Under the pieces are notes generated by a model. The model searched no databases. It was not told the origin of the DNA and worked only from the letters and a program-made list of their open reading frames with translations. Of a stretch of 64,000 nucleotides of DNA, positions 41,761 through 55,501 are shown piece by piece. A program made the position numbers and the translations under genes. Position 1 is the first letter of the stretch. Each line of letters begins with the position of its first letter. The stretch is from the human T2T-CHM13v2.0 reference genome, Homo sapiens: the NCBI RefSeq assembly GCF_009914755.1, contig NC_060926.1. One strand, 5' to 3'.

Positions 41761-42905
41761 ATTGATTTATGTGTGTTCATCTGTCAATACCACACCGTCT
41801 TGACTACTATAACTGTAGAAGCCTTAAATTTGGGAAGTGTGATTTCTCCAACCATATTCTTCTTTTTCAAATTTGTTTTGTCTATTCTTGTTCCTTTGCA
41901 TTACACATATAAATTTTGCAATCATTTTATCTATACCTACAAAGAATCCTGAATATTGATAGGAACTGCATTAAGCCTATAGATCAATTTGAGGAGAATT
42001 GACATCTTTACTATGTTGAGTCTTCCAGTTCATGAGCACGGTATGTCTTTCCATTTATTTAGGTCTTTTTTATTTCTTTGATTATTATTCTGTAGTTTTC
42101 AGCATACAAATTGTGTACATATTTTAATAGATTTGTACCTAAGTGTTTTATTTTAGAGCAATTATATATTGCATTATGTTTTAAATTTCAGATTCCCATT
42201 ATTAATTGTTCACATATAGAAATATGATTTGATTTTCTTTGCTGTTGACCTTGTACCCTGCAATCTCACTACACTCACTGACTAGTTCTAGAAGTTTTCC
42301 TGTAGGTTTCTTATGATCTTCTTTGAATAAAATTAAGTCAGCTGCAAAGAGGAATAATTTAATTTTTTCCCAACCTCTCTGACTTTTATTTCCTTGCCTT
42401 GCCTCCATAGACTTTTAATTAAACAAACAACAATTTATTTATTGAGCTTGAAACAAGCAAGACACTAACCTAAGTAATGGGCTGAGAAAGATTAAAAACA
42501 TTTGGTTGCTGCTCTGAAGTAATAATATTAGTAAGGATCATAAACGTGCAGAACCTAATATAATGTTTTCCATAAAAGTGTTAAAATAGAATGCTCTAAC
42601 TAACATAAATAGAAATGGATGGGGACAATTATTTTGAGGAAATCAAGGAGGCTTTACTGAGGAGTTAATATTTGAAGGGTGTACAAACAGTATGGATGTG
42701 GGAAACCGAAATGTGCATTAAAGGGACTGGGAGAAATACAGAGTTGGGAGAGGGAATGGGGAAAGGAAATGGCGAATAACAGCACTAAAGAAATAACTTT
42801 CAATGAATATTTAAGGAGCCTTTTGTGGAGGATAAATGCATTTCAGTATATAACTCCAGAGTGCAAATGTGTCACATTCTTTTATTTCTATAAAAAAATA
42901 AAATA

Positions 42906-43206
<301 letters not shown>

Positions 43207-44469
43207 TCAATTCTGTGTTTCTCAGGCCCCATTTGGTCAAAGGAAGTTGAATCTCAGACATGTTTGTGAGCTACTGTCTATCCCAGGGTATGGCACAGGC
43301 CAAGGGAACCAGTGCAAGTTAGAACATTTGGACATGGGCTCTCTGAGCTCCAGGGCACACAGCTCACCCCTGAGGTACCCTGAGCCTGTGTCCACATGCA
43401 CTTGAAGATGGCGGCTCTTCTGTGCCAGCCTGGGGCTTAATCATCTTTCCCTCTGGGCTTTGTATTAGTGTGTAGGGCCCCAGCCCCCAAGTCTAGGCCA
43501 TTCTTTGGAGGACTGACCACATCTCTAAAGGTTCATTATATAATGACCAGGGAACTCAGAGGCCCTGGTACTAAAGCAGAAATTGCAGGAACCCTGCTGT
43601 CTTCTCTGTCTTGGAGAAACTAAACCTCTCTTAGATCCAGCCACTCCCCGGTCCAGGCACTGTGCTGTATTTTGTCTGCTTTTGGCATGAAGCTGCAGGG
43701 CATTCCTTCACTAAACCCTTAGAAACCTTTACTGGACTCTCATTTCTGTAAGTTTTGATGAAAAAATCAGCTGCAAAACCAGTGAAATTTTTTTCCTCCA
43801 ACTTAACTTTTTAGAAAAGGACATTTTTTACTATGTCCTCTATATTATCAGGGGAGATAGTGAAGATTTTCCCTCACAACCAGATGGCAGGACCCTACTC
43901 TATAAATAGAGGTGCCTTCATCAGGATGGGGACTCTGAATAATGCCTGGGAGGTCTTTTAAGATGTGCATCTTTTGTGTCTCCACAAATTCATCCATGCC
44001 TAGCTTGGAGTGAAGCAGGGCAGTGATGTCATTCCCATGTCTGCAGACTGGAAGCAGAACAGCAGGTTTCTATGCCACTGTCTTTAGATTTTTGCTTCAA
44101 GATTAAAAACTGTAAATCAGAATGTGAATTCCAGGAAGCAGACTGACCGACTCTAAATTCTTTACTGTTGTGAAGCAGCCAATTTAAGCAAACTCAAACT
44201 TCAGGGTGAAAGTGCATTTAATCACTTAGCAGTAAGGTTTCAGCATGAATATAACTCCTGCTGTCGTACAGCTTTCTTTTAATACATTTTCATTTTCTTG
44301 ATTAGAAGGTACCGATGGGGTGGGGGAAGTCGTGATTAATAGCCAAAGACTTCGATCTGAATTATTTATTAATTGGAAAAAGTGGTTATGAATTATAAGA
44401 GACTAAAAGCAACCAGGCAAAGTTTAAATCCTCATTCTAGTTACTAAATAGTAACTGGTAAGTCATCAG

Positions 44470-45820
44470 CCTGCTAATGACTCTCAAACTTCCATCTCTA
44501 GCCCAGACTTCTATGTCCAATTCTAGACTCACATGTACAATTTCCAGCCTTCATTCCCCCTTGAATGTCAGCGCAATCCAACATGCCCAAAGCTGAACTC
44601 ATCCTTTCTCACAAACCCATCTCAGGGGAAAGCAACACCATCCTTCCAGTTGACTGGCCAAAGCATTTTTGCCATCAGTAACTCCTTCCACTTCTTCACA
44701 GCATTACAATTATACTTGTGAGGTCATTAGACTGAGCTGGCTCCAGAGCCTTGTGTTGCTAATAAGCAAACCCAATCCCAACTCAATGCAAACAATAAGA
44801 CAAAACTTAAGCTTAACCAATCAGAAATCACCAACTAACATCTAACTAGGAACTTGCTACTTTAACCAATCAAATATTTTCTTTGTCTTGCTTCCTCTAA
44901 CACCTCTTGAGAGTGTTCCCCCTGGGCTCCCTCAGTGGAGCCCTGAACTGCTTGCAATCAGATGCTGCTTGATTCAGGAATCACTGTTTGTGCAAATAAA
45001 CTCGTTAAAATTTTAATGTGCTTAAGGTTACCTTTTAACATACCCCATGTGCAATCTGCCAGAAATTCCTATTGAATTTGCCTTCACAATAGATCCATGC
45101 CCTGACTCTTAACACCTCCCTGATCCAAGCTGCTATCATCTCTCAACTGAATTGCCACAGTGGCTTCCTAACTAGTCTTCTTGCTTCTACCCTTGCTTTC
45201 CTGCAGTCTGTCCTCAGCTGGCAACCTAGAATGACCTAAAACTGTAGATCAGATCATGCCCTCCTCTACTGAAAACCTCAGTCTCATTTTACTCAGAGTA
45301 ACAGCCAGAGACCTTACAGTGGCCTAGAAACATCATCTGACTTGGCCTGTTTCTGACCTCATGCCTACCATTCCTCCACCTTGCTCACAATCTATGCCAG
45401 CCAAAGCTCCCTTGTTTTTCAGAATATTCAAGACATATCCCAGTCTTGTGGGCTTTGCCACAAGTTTCCCTCAGCCTGCAAGTCTCTTCCTCTGTAACTC
45501 CATGGCCAACTCCTCCCTGAATTTCAATTCTGCCAAATCTCACTCGTACCCCTGAGGCTCTTAAAATCATACCACACCTCAATACACCTGACCCCTCCCT
45601 TTTTATCTTATTCCACATTTCTTTTTTGTATATAACTTACTGCCTTCTAACACACCAAATATTTTCTTTATTAATTATATTCTTATGTATCCTCTGTCTT
45701 TCCTAAAATGTGAGCTCTGTGAGAGTGTTGATTTTTGTCCACTTTGCCCACTGGCAAAACTCAGGCACCCAGAACATGTCTAGAGTGGAGTGGGTGCTTC
45801 ATACACACTTAATTGAATGC
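44470..45820 (+). mobile_element. L2 (long 3' fragment) interrupted by an LTR
   Basis: 'gctaatgactctcaaact...tctagcccagact', 'caacatgcccaaagctgaactc', 'aatgtgagctctgtgagagtg', 'ggtgcttcatacac'. Confidence 0.85.
44717..45040 (+). mobile_element. ERV1 LTR (MER57/MER93-like)
   Basis: 'gaggtcattagactgagctggctc...taagcaaacc', two 'aaccaatca' CCAAT boxes, 'caaataaactcgttaaaattttaatgtg...ttttaaca'. Confidence 0.75.
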
Positions 45821-47076
45821 CTTGGGCAAGTTACTGATTCTCTAAAGTTCAGTTTCCAAACTTGGAATGAATTAAAGAAGGAAAAGCATCATCACCCTCA
45901 TCATTTTGTTGTTATTATTATTAACCCTTCTCTAAATTAAGTTACTGCATTTAATCACTAAAATTCCCTTGTTGCACAATTCAAAGCTCGTTAGAATTTC
46001 ACCCAAAATGGGGATAAATAAATAGGCTCTAAGGGTCGTCCCTTATAGTAAATTGAGTATGCTCCTTTACTATACAAGAGGATTTTGTGATTTCTGTTTT
46101 ATTTTAATTTTAATTTCTTGTCCTAAGGAATTCTAAACAGCATTTTCTCGGTCATGCTATGTTTAGATAATTGACTTTATTAGAGAAGTGGCATATGGTG
46201 AGATGTTGCTGTACCCACTTTTAGATCCTTCCTGACCATGGCTGAGCCCAGCAGATTAAATAAACCTTGACTGATGAAGCCATCCCTGCCTCTGACTACA
46301 GATGGAAAATGGTTTTAATAAGATACTCAATTTGAATAAAAAATACTCCCAATTCTAATAAAACTTCCATTTATATTTTATAAATTATTTTTTCCTAAAT
46401 AAAATGTCTTACATGAAAAGAGTGAAAAGCTTGTTTACTAAAATTCACTATGGTGTTTCTGTAGAGTTGCAACATATTCCTTTAGGAATAGACAGAAATG
46501 CTTCCAGTTCATATAAATCCTGATAGTTGAAAAAAAAGCCAATATTTCTAATATTGACTCTCTTAAAAAAATAGCTATTTGAGTCATCCATACTTTAGTT
46601 CCTAAGATATGTTTATTTAACTTGGAGATCTGCTTTGCCATTGACTTCAAATCTCAAGGGAGTGTTTATAAATGCTATTCAGACTAGTTGGACCATCCTA
46701 GTCAATTCTCATTTTCTATTTATGAGTAAGTTCTACCATAGGTATAAAAGTTAGTCAGTAACATGATATATAATAGAATAAACACTATTCTCTTTATGCC
46801 AAAAAGGAAAATATTGACTCCTTTTTTATAAGCTACAATTAATACTTATTAAGTATTTTTAAAACATGAAAATCAAATTTATTTCAGATTTAATTCACTG
46901 AATCTTGTTGTCATGCTTACTAATAAAATAAATATTTTTCTATTATGATACAGTTAAGCATCAATTAACTAAACCAATTAATCTGAGCCTTCAATTTATA
47001 AATGCATTTTTAATTTTTAGAACAAATAAGAAAAACAAGATATTTATTATTTTTTAATTTTTTAATTTAAATTACA

Positions 47077-47364
47077 TTTTTTTGAGACAAGGTCTCACTC
47101 TGTCACCCAGTCTGAGTGCAGTGGCATCATCATGGCTCCCTGCAGCCTCGATCTCCTGGATTCAATTGATCCTCGCATCTCAACCACCTGAGTAGCTGGG
47201 ACTATAGGCGCATGCCACCGCATTTGGCTAATGTTTCTATTTTTTTGTAGAGATGTATTCTCCCTATGTTGCCAGGCTGATCTTGAATTCCTGGGCTCAA
47301 GTGATGCTGCTGCTTCAGGCTCTCAAAGTGCTGGGATTACAGGCATGAGCCACTGCACCTGCCC
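47077..47364 (-). mobile_element. AluJ
   Basis: 'gcagcctcgatctcctgg', 'tcctgggctcaagtgat' (J diagnostics). Confidence 0.9.
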
Positions 47365-47370
47365 TTATTT

Positions 47371-47383
47371 TATATATATATAC

Positions 47384-47430
<47 letters not shown>

Positions 47431-47455
47431 CACATATATATGTATATATATGTAT
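47371..47455. repeat. (TA)n(CA)n(TA)n compound microsatellite
   Basis: Read directly; followed by a short antisense Alu 3' fragment at about 47455-47530. Confidence 0.9.
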
Positions 47456-47581
47456 TTTTTTTTGAGACAGACTCTCACTCCTGTCACCCAGGCTGGAGTG
47501 CAATGGTGCGATGTTGGCTCACTGCAACCTTATATTTTTTAAAATCCATTTGTTTTTAGATTATTTTCTGACATAAGTGCA

Positions 47582-47922
47582 TGACATGATTTGGCTGTGT
47601 CCCCACCCAAATCTCATCTGGAAATGTGGCTCCCATAATCCCCACTTGTCATGGGAGGGATCTCGTGGGAGGTAATGGAATCCTGGGGGCAGGTTTTTCC
47701 CAAGCTGTTCTTGTGATAGTGAATAAGTCTCATGAGATCTGATGGTTTTATAAAGGGCAATTCCCCTGCACTCTCTCTTGCCTGCCACCATGTAAGATGT
47801 GCCTTTGCTCTTCCTTCACCTTCCGCCACAATTGTGAGGCCTCCCCAGCCGTGTGGAACTGTGAGTCCATTAAATCTCTTTTTCTTTATAAATTACCCAG
47901 TCTCAGGTATTTTTTCATAGGA
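47582..47922 (+). mobile_element. THE1 (B/C-like) LTR lacking its 3' terminus
   Basis: 'tgacatgatttggctgtgtccccacccaaatctcatct...aattacccagtctcaggtatt'. Confidence 0.92.
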
Positions 47923-49859
47923 GTATTATTCACAGTACAATGCATATTTATTCCCCATCTCTCCCATGTTCTGTGTTAACAGGTACTGCTATAAGGTTTT
48001 GAATGATGGTCTACAGCCTGAGACATATTCAATAATAACAATTCAATTCCATTTTAAAGTTAATTAAGTTCACATTACTGTTTTACTAAGATGTTAACAC
48101 AGATTTTTTTAGAAAGATCTTCTAAATGGTAAATGTTAATCCTTAGGCAACTAACTAAAATATAGATCTACAACATCAAATTTCTTAACTTTTTATTGAT
48201 ATTTAAAAATTCCATTCTGAAAAATGGAAACTGTAAATAAGAAGGTCAAATCCTCAGGAAAGAGAATAATATTTGCTAAATATCTAAGAAGTACCAGTCA
48301 TTTTCCTCATCACATTAAATATTCCTGGAACTTCATGTTTCTATCAATATTTATATAAGCTTTTTAAAGGAAAGAAGATGTACCTGGTGGAAGAAACTTG
48401 TGTCAGAGGAAATTAACTATGAAAAAAAGGTGATTTTTCTGAAAGCCTCATTTCAAACTTCATAATTTCATTCATTTGACTCCTCTACTTTTTAAAAAAC
48501 TTCTTCTAGGCAGAGACATTTATACAATTTATTCCACCTTTGCCACAGTGTGGTGAAAATTTGATGTTTTGAATCATTTTCCATCTTTCCTGAGGAACAA
48601 TTGGAGAAGACTTTGCACCTCTATTAGAAATTATACATCTTTTAAAAAATACTTTTGATTAAAGACCCTTCAGGCATCAACTGCACGTATTCAAAGTAAA
48701 GCCTAATCACATCAGGGTTTTGCCAGCGTAATTGTGTTTGTGGACCTTGTTACAGATATGATTTTGGTATTACTATAGCAACATAAAAGCTATGCTCTTA
48801 ACCATGTATGTATGTGACAATGTTTATACATTTTCACGGCTAACTATGATGAACATACACAACCATCTATGAAGTTCAGTCTTGCAGGGTACAAGAGTTG
48901 AAGGTAGGAAATTATAATGTTAAATACCTCACTTTAAAGATGAAGAAAGTGACAACCATAAAATAAATGTGATTTGAATAAGGTTATTTTTCAAGCCTAA
49001 GACATGATGGATATCAGGAATTACAGAGGAAAAGTGTGCATTGTAAAAGAATTATGAATGTATGAAGTCACATTTCTAAAACCTGCATTTTATGAGCAAA
49101 ATTATGTAAATCTATATCATTTATACGTTGGTATGGTTTGTAAATAAGCATTTGTAGTCAAGTAATGTCAGAATATGTGATCATCTGGATATTCACTGGG
49201 AAGGTAGGATGTTCCCTGCAGGTTGCCAGTGCATTGTTCCATGCCTTGGGAGTGGTAGTTTATCTGAAATGAGGTAAATATTCTTTCCAAAATACATCTT
49301 ATTGACTTGTGAGCTGTTCACATGAGCCGATCCTAATTTATACCCGTTTTCCTGGGTGGAACTTGGAAGAGAGAAAAAAATCTGGAAGTGCCACACTTTC
49401 TAGATGTTATTGATCAGGGAAGCCAAACCCTAGAGGCAGCATTTCCCAATCAACAGCTTGTCCCTTGGTCAGTCATCCTGACCATAGCACAAGGCTTGTG
49501 GTCTCATAACTTGTGCTGTTTAAATCTTCTCCTATTCTCTTCCCTTTGGACTCAGAGTATTTTACTTTAAACATTCCCAAAAGCATTCTCATTCATTCCT
49601 GGGTCAATGCTTAATTCTCTAATGCTTTCCCTTTGGCCCTGGTGTCAAATACTAAAACAACTCTGAGTCTTTTATGAGGTTCAGAAATTCCTACTAGTTG
49701 AAAGTGTCCCATACTAGTTTTTGTCTCTCTCTTCTTGAAAAACTTGTGTTTTATCCTAGTTTCTCTGACATCTTTCTCCAAGGAGCTAGTAAACTACGAT
49801 AGTGACATCTCTTTTACAGCTCAGTGTGCTGTCTCAGATGTTTCAAGTACTAAAGTGTC

Positions 49860-50070
49860 CATTTCCTGGGCACCTACTTTTTTGCTAGATGTTACATATT
49901 CCTCCTGACAACCCTACAACATAGCTGTTATTATTAGCACCCTATACAAATGGAAAAATTGCAGGTCCAAGGAGTTAAGTATCTTGCCAAGGTTAAACAA
50001 TTAGTAAGGAACACAGTCAGGATTAGAACTCAGGATCTGTCTCCAAAGGGTAAGCTCCTCTTCCTTTCAC
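49860..50070 (-). mobile_element. MIR
   Basis: 'acaaccctac...tatacaaatggaaaaattgcagg...gttaagtatcttgccaaggtta'. Confidence 0.7.
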
Positions 50071-51556
50071 TATCTCCTGTCCTTTCAATTCAAAGAACCC
50101 TTCAGATGCCAATAATTAAAGGAATTATCACAGATTGCAGGCATAGGGAGAAATCCAGTGAGGGAGATATTATGACCCAAGGAGCTTCTTACAGACTTTG
50201 AATATAAACTACGCATATTAACCATGTGTAAAACTAGCCCACCCTCCCAATGGGGATGATTTCCAAGTTCATAGCCAATCATCACTGCCCAGGTTAACCT
50301 CAATCCTGCCTCTTGTTAACCCTGAAAAATGACCTCCAACATGTCAATAGTCCGACCTGCAGTAGGAGAGGGAAATGTGAGTCTAGGGACCTTTCAGACT
50401 ACTCGGGAGAAACACAGGAGTTCTCACCAGTGGCTGCTGAAGCACAATTAGAGTCATGGTTGCTATTCTTTTCAAAGCCTTGTGCAACCCCAATGGGAGT
50501 TTGGACAAGTTGAAATGTGTGACGAGTAACCTTTCTGACACCTACCTTGAGACTGTCAGCCAACTTTGGCATAAAATCCTCATCCTCACCAAAGAATAAA
50601 GTTCATTCCCCCCGTGGTCTCTACTCAGCATTTTATCAGCAGGCACATGACACTTGGATGCTTCTCTGTTTTCATACAGCTGCTTTAATGTCAAAGATGT
50701 TATGATGAGGCTGTTTTGACCCAGCCATGAGAATATTTTTAAAGCAGTAATGTACACTCATCCGTAACTCATTTTCCGAAGTTGGAATTTTTGACACCAA
50801 CTCCCTGTAATAAATTACCTAGGTGTGGATGTGTGGGCCAGAAAATCTGTCTGCCCTATAGTCCTCAATAACTAAAACAATGCTGGGGTCTCCCAGTTTT
50901 AAATAGTGGTGTGAAGACATCTTTTCTCACATCGCCTCTCTGAATCCACCCAAAAGCAACTAGGAGAGAAAACAAATAAATTTCTTCTTCACATAAGACT
51001 ATGAAGTACCCATAACCTCACACCACACAAATAAAGATGGGTGGCTAAGTGCACTAAATACTGACTCTGAGTGTGGGAGTATGCAGCCTGCCACTGCAGA
51101 TTTGGGGCAGAGCCTCTGACTTCATCAGGGACCATGGGCAGACTATGAGGACTTCCCTGAATTCTACTTAAAATCTAAGAAGGACAGGAGAGCTAGGGCT
51201 GCAAGAATAGAGAGGAAGACATGGCATCTCTGCAAGAAGCCAGCTGATGGTGCAGCCAAAGGGTGAAGAAATGGCAGGTGCTGTGCAGCTGATCAAGACT
51301 GGTCACACATGTGGGACTTGAACTTGAGCAGGGAAGACTATCTTCCTGGAAGATAATTAAATCCCTGGCGAAAAATATTGACAGAAAAATGTTCAGAGCC
51401 AACAGACCAAAGTCTAAGCTGACTGCTACTCTGCAGCATCCTCTGGTAGCTCCCCTGCTCTGCTTTTCTGAAAATCACTGACCCAGGAAAACCACCCTCA
51501 TTCAAACATGAGAAGCAATAATTAAAAATTAACAAAAAAAACACAAAGAGGTTAGG

Positions 51557-51882
51557 AGCCGGGCATGGTGGCTCAGGCCTGTAATCTCAATGCTTTGGGA
51601 GGCTGAGGTGGATGGATCACTTGAGGTAGGTCAGGAGTTCGAGACCAGCCCCATCAACATGGTGAAACTGCATCTCTACTAAAAATACAAAACTCAGCCA
51701 GGCGTGGTGCCGCACGCCTATAATCCCAGCTACTCGGGAGGCTGAGCCAGGAGAATCACTTCAACCTGGGAGGTGGAGGTTGCAGTGAGCCAAGATGGCA
51801 CCACTGAACTTTAGACTGGGTGACAGAGCGAGACTCTCGAGACTCTGTCTCAACAAAAAAAAAAAAAAGAAGAAAGAAAGAA
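51557..51882 (+). mobile_element. AluSx-like with two small internal duplications
   Basis: Full Alu; 'gaggtaggtcagg' and 'gagactctcgagactctgtct'; TSD aaagaggttagga. Confidence 0.96.
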
Positions 51883-52531
51883 AAAGAGGTTAGGACATAA
51901 GAAAAAATATTTCAAAAATGGAAGAGAGAAAACATAATAAGCAAAGACTAAGATACATATGATCTGAATTCAATTGATTTAATTTAATCTCAACAAATAA
52001 AAATACTCAATAAATAGCACTCCATGAAACCTGATAACTTAATACAGTATGGCTTCTCTAAAACAAGAGATCATAGAAAGGCTTAAAGAAGAAATGATAA
52101 TGAAAGGAGATAAAGTGTAACCTGTGTAGATCTCAGAAACAGTTCGTATGAAACAGAGATTATCAGTTCTAGAAGGTTTGGTAAAACATGGCCATAAAAA
52201 TTTCTAACAATTTGATGCCTTTTCCGAGTGAAGCAGGAGTTTGTCCACGGCCTGCAAAGTCCAGGTTGCTCATTTTTTTTAAGGCTAATTATAAGAATTG
52301 TATTGGTTATATCTCCTGTTTTAATATGTGCTGTTTTGTTGTGATTCATTTAATGCTGTATATTTCATAATTTTTACAGTGATATCTGGGGATTCTTAGT
52401 GCAGAAATATGTGGGGTTTTTTTAAATTTCTTATTATTTCTGATTTTTAAATGTATTTTCCTGTGGCTAGAGAATGGGGCCCATGTCCTATCGAATTCTT
52501 TGTTGTTTATTAGAATATTGTTATGGACTAG

Positions 52532-52834
<303 letters not shown>

Positions 52835-53679
52835 CCTATGTGGGTAATTTTTCAAATGCTTCTTGTGTCCTGTTTTGGAAGGGTGCGGATTTGGATGCTT
52901 CTCTCTCTCTGCTCTCCCCTGGCCCTCCTCTCTCTTCCAAGCCTTCAGAAGGTCTTGTGAATAGTTAATAGACTTTATAATACACCAGCTTTGAACTGTG
53001 ATGTGAAGAATTAGAAGGGCCAGTACCGTGCTTTGGAAGCTGCAGAGGAGGAATAAGGGCAATTTCCAACAGAGACAGTGGTCCCCTGCAGGCAGAGCTG
53101 GCGCAGGGTCACAGGCACAGGGGCAGCTTGGAGTGGGCGGCAAGACAACAAGGTAGGAGTAGAGAAAGATGACACAATGGTCCTCGGGTGCCAGGGCAGG
53201 CCTTTGACCACCTCCCGGAGAAAGCTCGGGGCACATCTGGAAGGGACTTATTTTTTCTGGCCCATTTAGGTCAGGAGGGGCTTAGGCCAAAACAATGTAA
53301 GGATAAAAAGAAGGCATGACCTGATTCTGTGGTCTTTTACTTTAGGCAAGAAGCAAAGCCTCTGTCTGTGGCTCTGCGGGTTGTGACCCACAAGACTTGC
53401 TAACCCCACGCTGTGCCATGAGCCAGGCTGCATCATTTCAGATTTCTGTGCCCTCTTTTGCTTTCTGGTCTCTTCAGAAGCAGAAACAAACATAGTAAGG
53501 TGTGTTTCGGGTTTTAGAGACGTTTCTGCTGAGCTTTGCCTTAAAATTTGCCCTGGAATCAACTGATTTTTAAAATGGGCAATGAAGTAACATTGGCCTA
53601 ACCCATCCTTTCTTATGCCGTCTCATGTGTGTACTGTCCCAGGGTAATCTAGGTATTTTATTGTAAAAATTCATAAGAA

Positions 53680-53960
53680 TGATATGACAGCTTTCCTACA
53701 GTTTAGTCATTAAATAAATTCAGCCCATCAATCTTTTGTCCAATTTCTAATGAGTATCATTTTCTGAAATTATGTTTTATTATATTTTCTTTAGAGGCAG
53801 AAGAGTGATTTAATGATTTTGCTAGAGCCAATTTGTAATTGACAATTTTCTATGAAAGGTAGCAGAGTTGTCTTTGGTTTTGATTAATGGCTAGTCGAGA
53901 ATTAATCTTTGGTTCAGAGCTTTATTGCGTTTGAACTGAACTGCAGCTCACCTGACTGCC
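53680..53960. promoter_or_regulatory. Candidate homeodomain (PBX-HOX/MEIS) enhancer
   Basis: No repeat recognised; TGACAG at 53685, TGATTTAAT at 53806, TGATTAATGG at 53881 and many TAAT cores. Motif evidence only. Confidence 0.35.
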
Positions 53961-54589
53961 ACTTCCTTGAAATACCTGTTTTGAAGGGTTGCAGGTTAGC
54001 AGGAGCAAAAAACCCGACACATCTAGCAATGTTTGTGTTCCAAAGTATACTTTGAGGAAAAAAAAAGTGGAAAACATCCTAAGAATCTTTGATATTTTTT
54101 ATATTTTTATTGCAATGGCATAAGTACTTATTATGAGTTAAATTAGGAAGAATAAAAATAAGCACAACATCGACATGTCCATGAAAGGGACAAGCCAAGA
54201 AGGGAGGGATGGGTGTCAGGGAGTAATGCTTTTCAAAGGTGAGGAGTAGTCAGGGGTTTCTGCTTTGCCCCCTTTATTTGGTAATAAAACAGGGCTTTTA
54301 CATTTTGAAGCAGCTGCTTTATGTGTCCAAGATAAGATGATCACATTAAAATGTCACTGCTATCAAAACGTCATGTCAAAATGACCTCATCTGAATGTCC
54401 TACTGTATGTCAGGCTGCTCCAAGTTTCAAGATTTCACTCTTGCACCCCTAAAATATCACCATGTTCCTGACAAAAGCAAAAATTGTCTTATGTATACCA
54501 CCTTGGTCTCTTTTATACCATTCCTGCTCATCTTTTTCTGCTTGATCCGCTCTAATCTACAGAAATTCTCCAGGTATCGAATGCAGGTT

Positions 54590-54850
54590 AATTAATTCTT
54601 AACAGCAACAACAAAATTAGCAAAGACTTATAGCCCATACCACATGCCAGATACTGTTTTAAGGATTTTACATATATGGACTCAATCCAGCACAATCCAC
54701 ATGAGGGAGGCATGATTTTTATTCCCATTTTCAAGGGTAGGAAACAGGAAAAAAAAGTTTCCTTTAGTATTTTGCCTAAGATCATAATTAGTAAATTGTG
54801 TAATTCACAGTCATAACTAATAGCTCCAGAACCTGGGCTTTCAGCCACTG
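54590..54850 (-). mobile_element. MIR
   Basis: 'ccacatgccagatactgttttaagg...attcccattttcaagggtaggaaacagg...ctccagaacctgggctttcagccact'. Confidence 0.8.
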
Positions 54851-54874
54851 TTGAAGGTATATTACACTGTATTG

Positions 54875-54923
54875 TACTATACTATACTATACTATACTAT
54901 ACTATACTATACTATACTATACT
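54875..54923. repeat. (ACTAT)9 pentanucleotide STR
   Basis: Nine perfect units at 54876-54920. Confidence 0.95.
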
Positions 54924-55081
54924 CTTCTATACACTATAGAACAAGTGTGAATAATTCCTAATTTATCCTATCTATTCACCAGATCATTCTTGTTCATTAA
55001 CATTACCTAAACTTCTGGTGTAGGCAAATTCCTTTCTTCATATTATTTGTAATACCGTAGATTATTTTTGAGGTAGATTGG

Positions 55082-55501
55082 TGTTATGGGCTTTGAGGTA
55101 AATTGATATTGTGCTTCCCCTCAAATTCATATATTGAAGTCCTAGCCCCCAGTACTTTAAAATATGACTGTACTTAGAGATATGGCCTTTAAAGAGATGA
55201 TTAAATGAGTTCATTTGAGTGGGCCCTAATCTAATCTGATGAGTGTCCTTATAAGAAGAGGAGATTAAGACATACAGAGAGAGAGACTAGGGAGGCCCAC
55301 TCACCATGAAAAGGCCATGTGAAGACACAGCAAGAAGGCGGCCGTCTGCAAGCCAAGGAGGGAGACTTCAGAAGAAACCAACCCTGCCAACACCTTGATC
55401 TTGGACTTCCAGCCTCCAGTACTGACAGAAAAATAAATGTCTATTGTTCAAGCCACCCAGCGTATGGTATTTTGTTATGGAAGCCCTAACAGATTAGTAC
55501 A
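55082..55501 (+). mobile_element. MLT1B-like MaLR LTR
   Basis: 'tgttatgggc...aaattcatatattgaagtcctagcccccagtac...gtgggccctaatc...caccttgatcttggacttccagcctccag...tagtaca'. Confidence 0.9.

Larger units (their letters stand above)
40250..42410 (-). mobile_element. Old L1M (MB/MD-like) 3' UTR and ORF2 remnants
   Basis: RT remnant KIKLFLFAADLIL…[18 protein letters not shown] at 42202-42408; antisense L1 motifs throughout. Confidence 0.8.

Noticed and set aside
51123-51142. REST/NRSE-like motif (tcagggaccatgggcag)
   Set aside because: Several mismatches and altered spacing relative to TCAGCACCACGGACAG.
50880-52180. Possible old L1 5'/HAL1-like sequence (also about 61700-62290)
   Set aside because: Too degenerate to assign a family or boundaries by eye.
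52880-53530. CpG island or promoter
   Set aside because: GC-richer than its flanks, but CpGs are sparse and no promoter architecture is visible.
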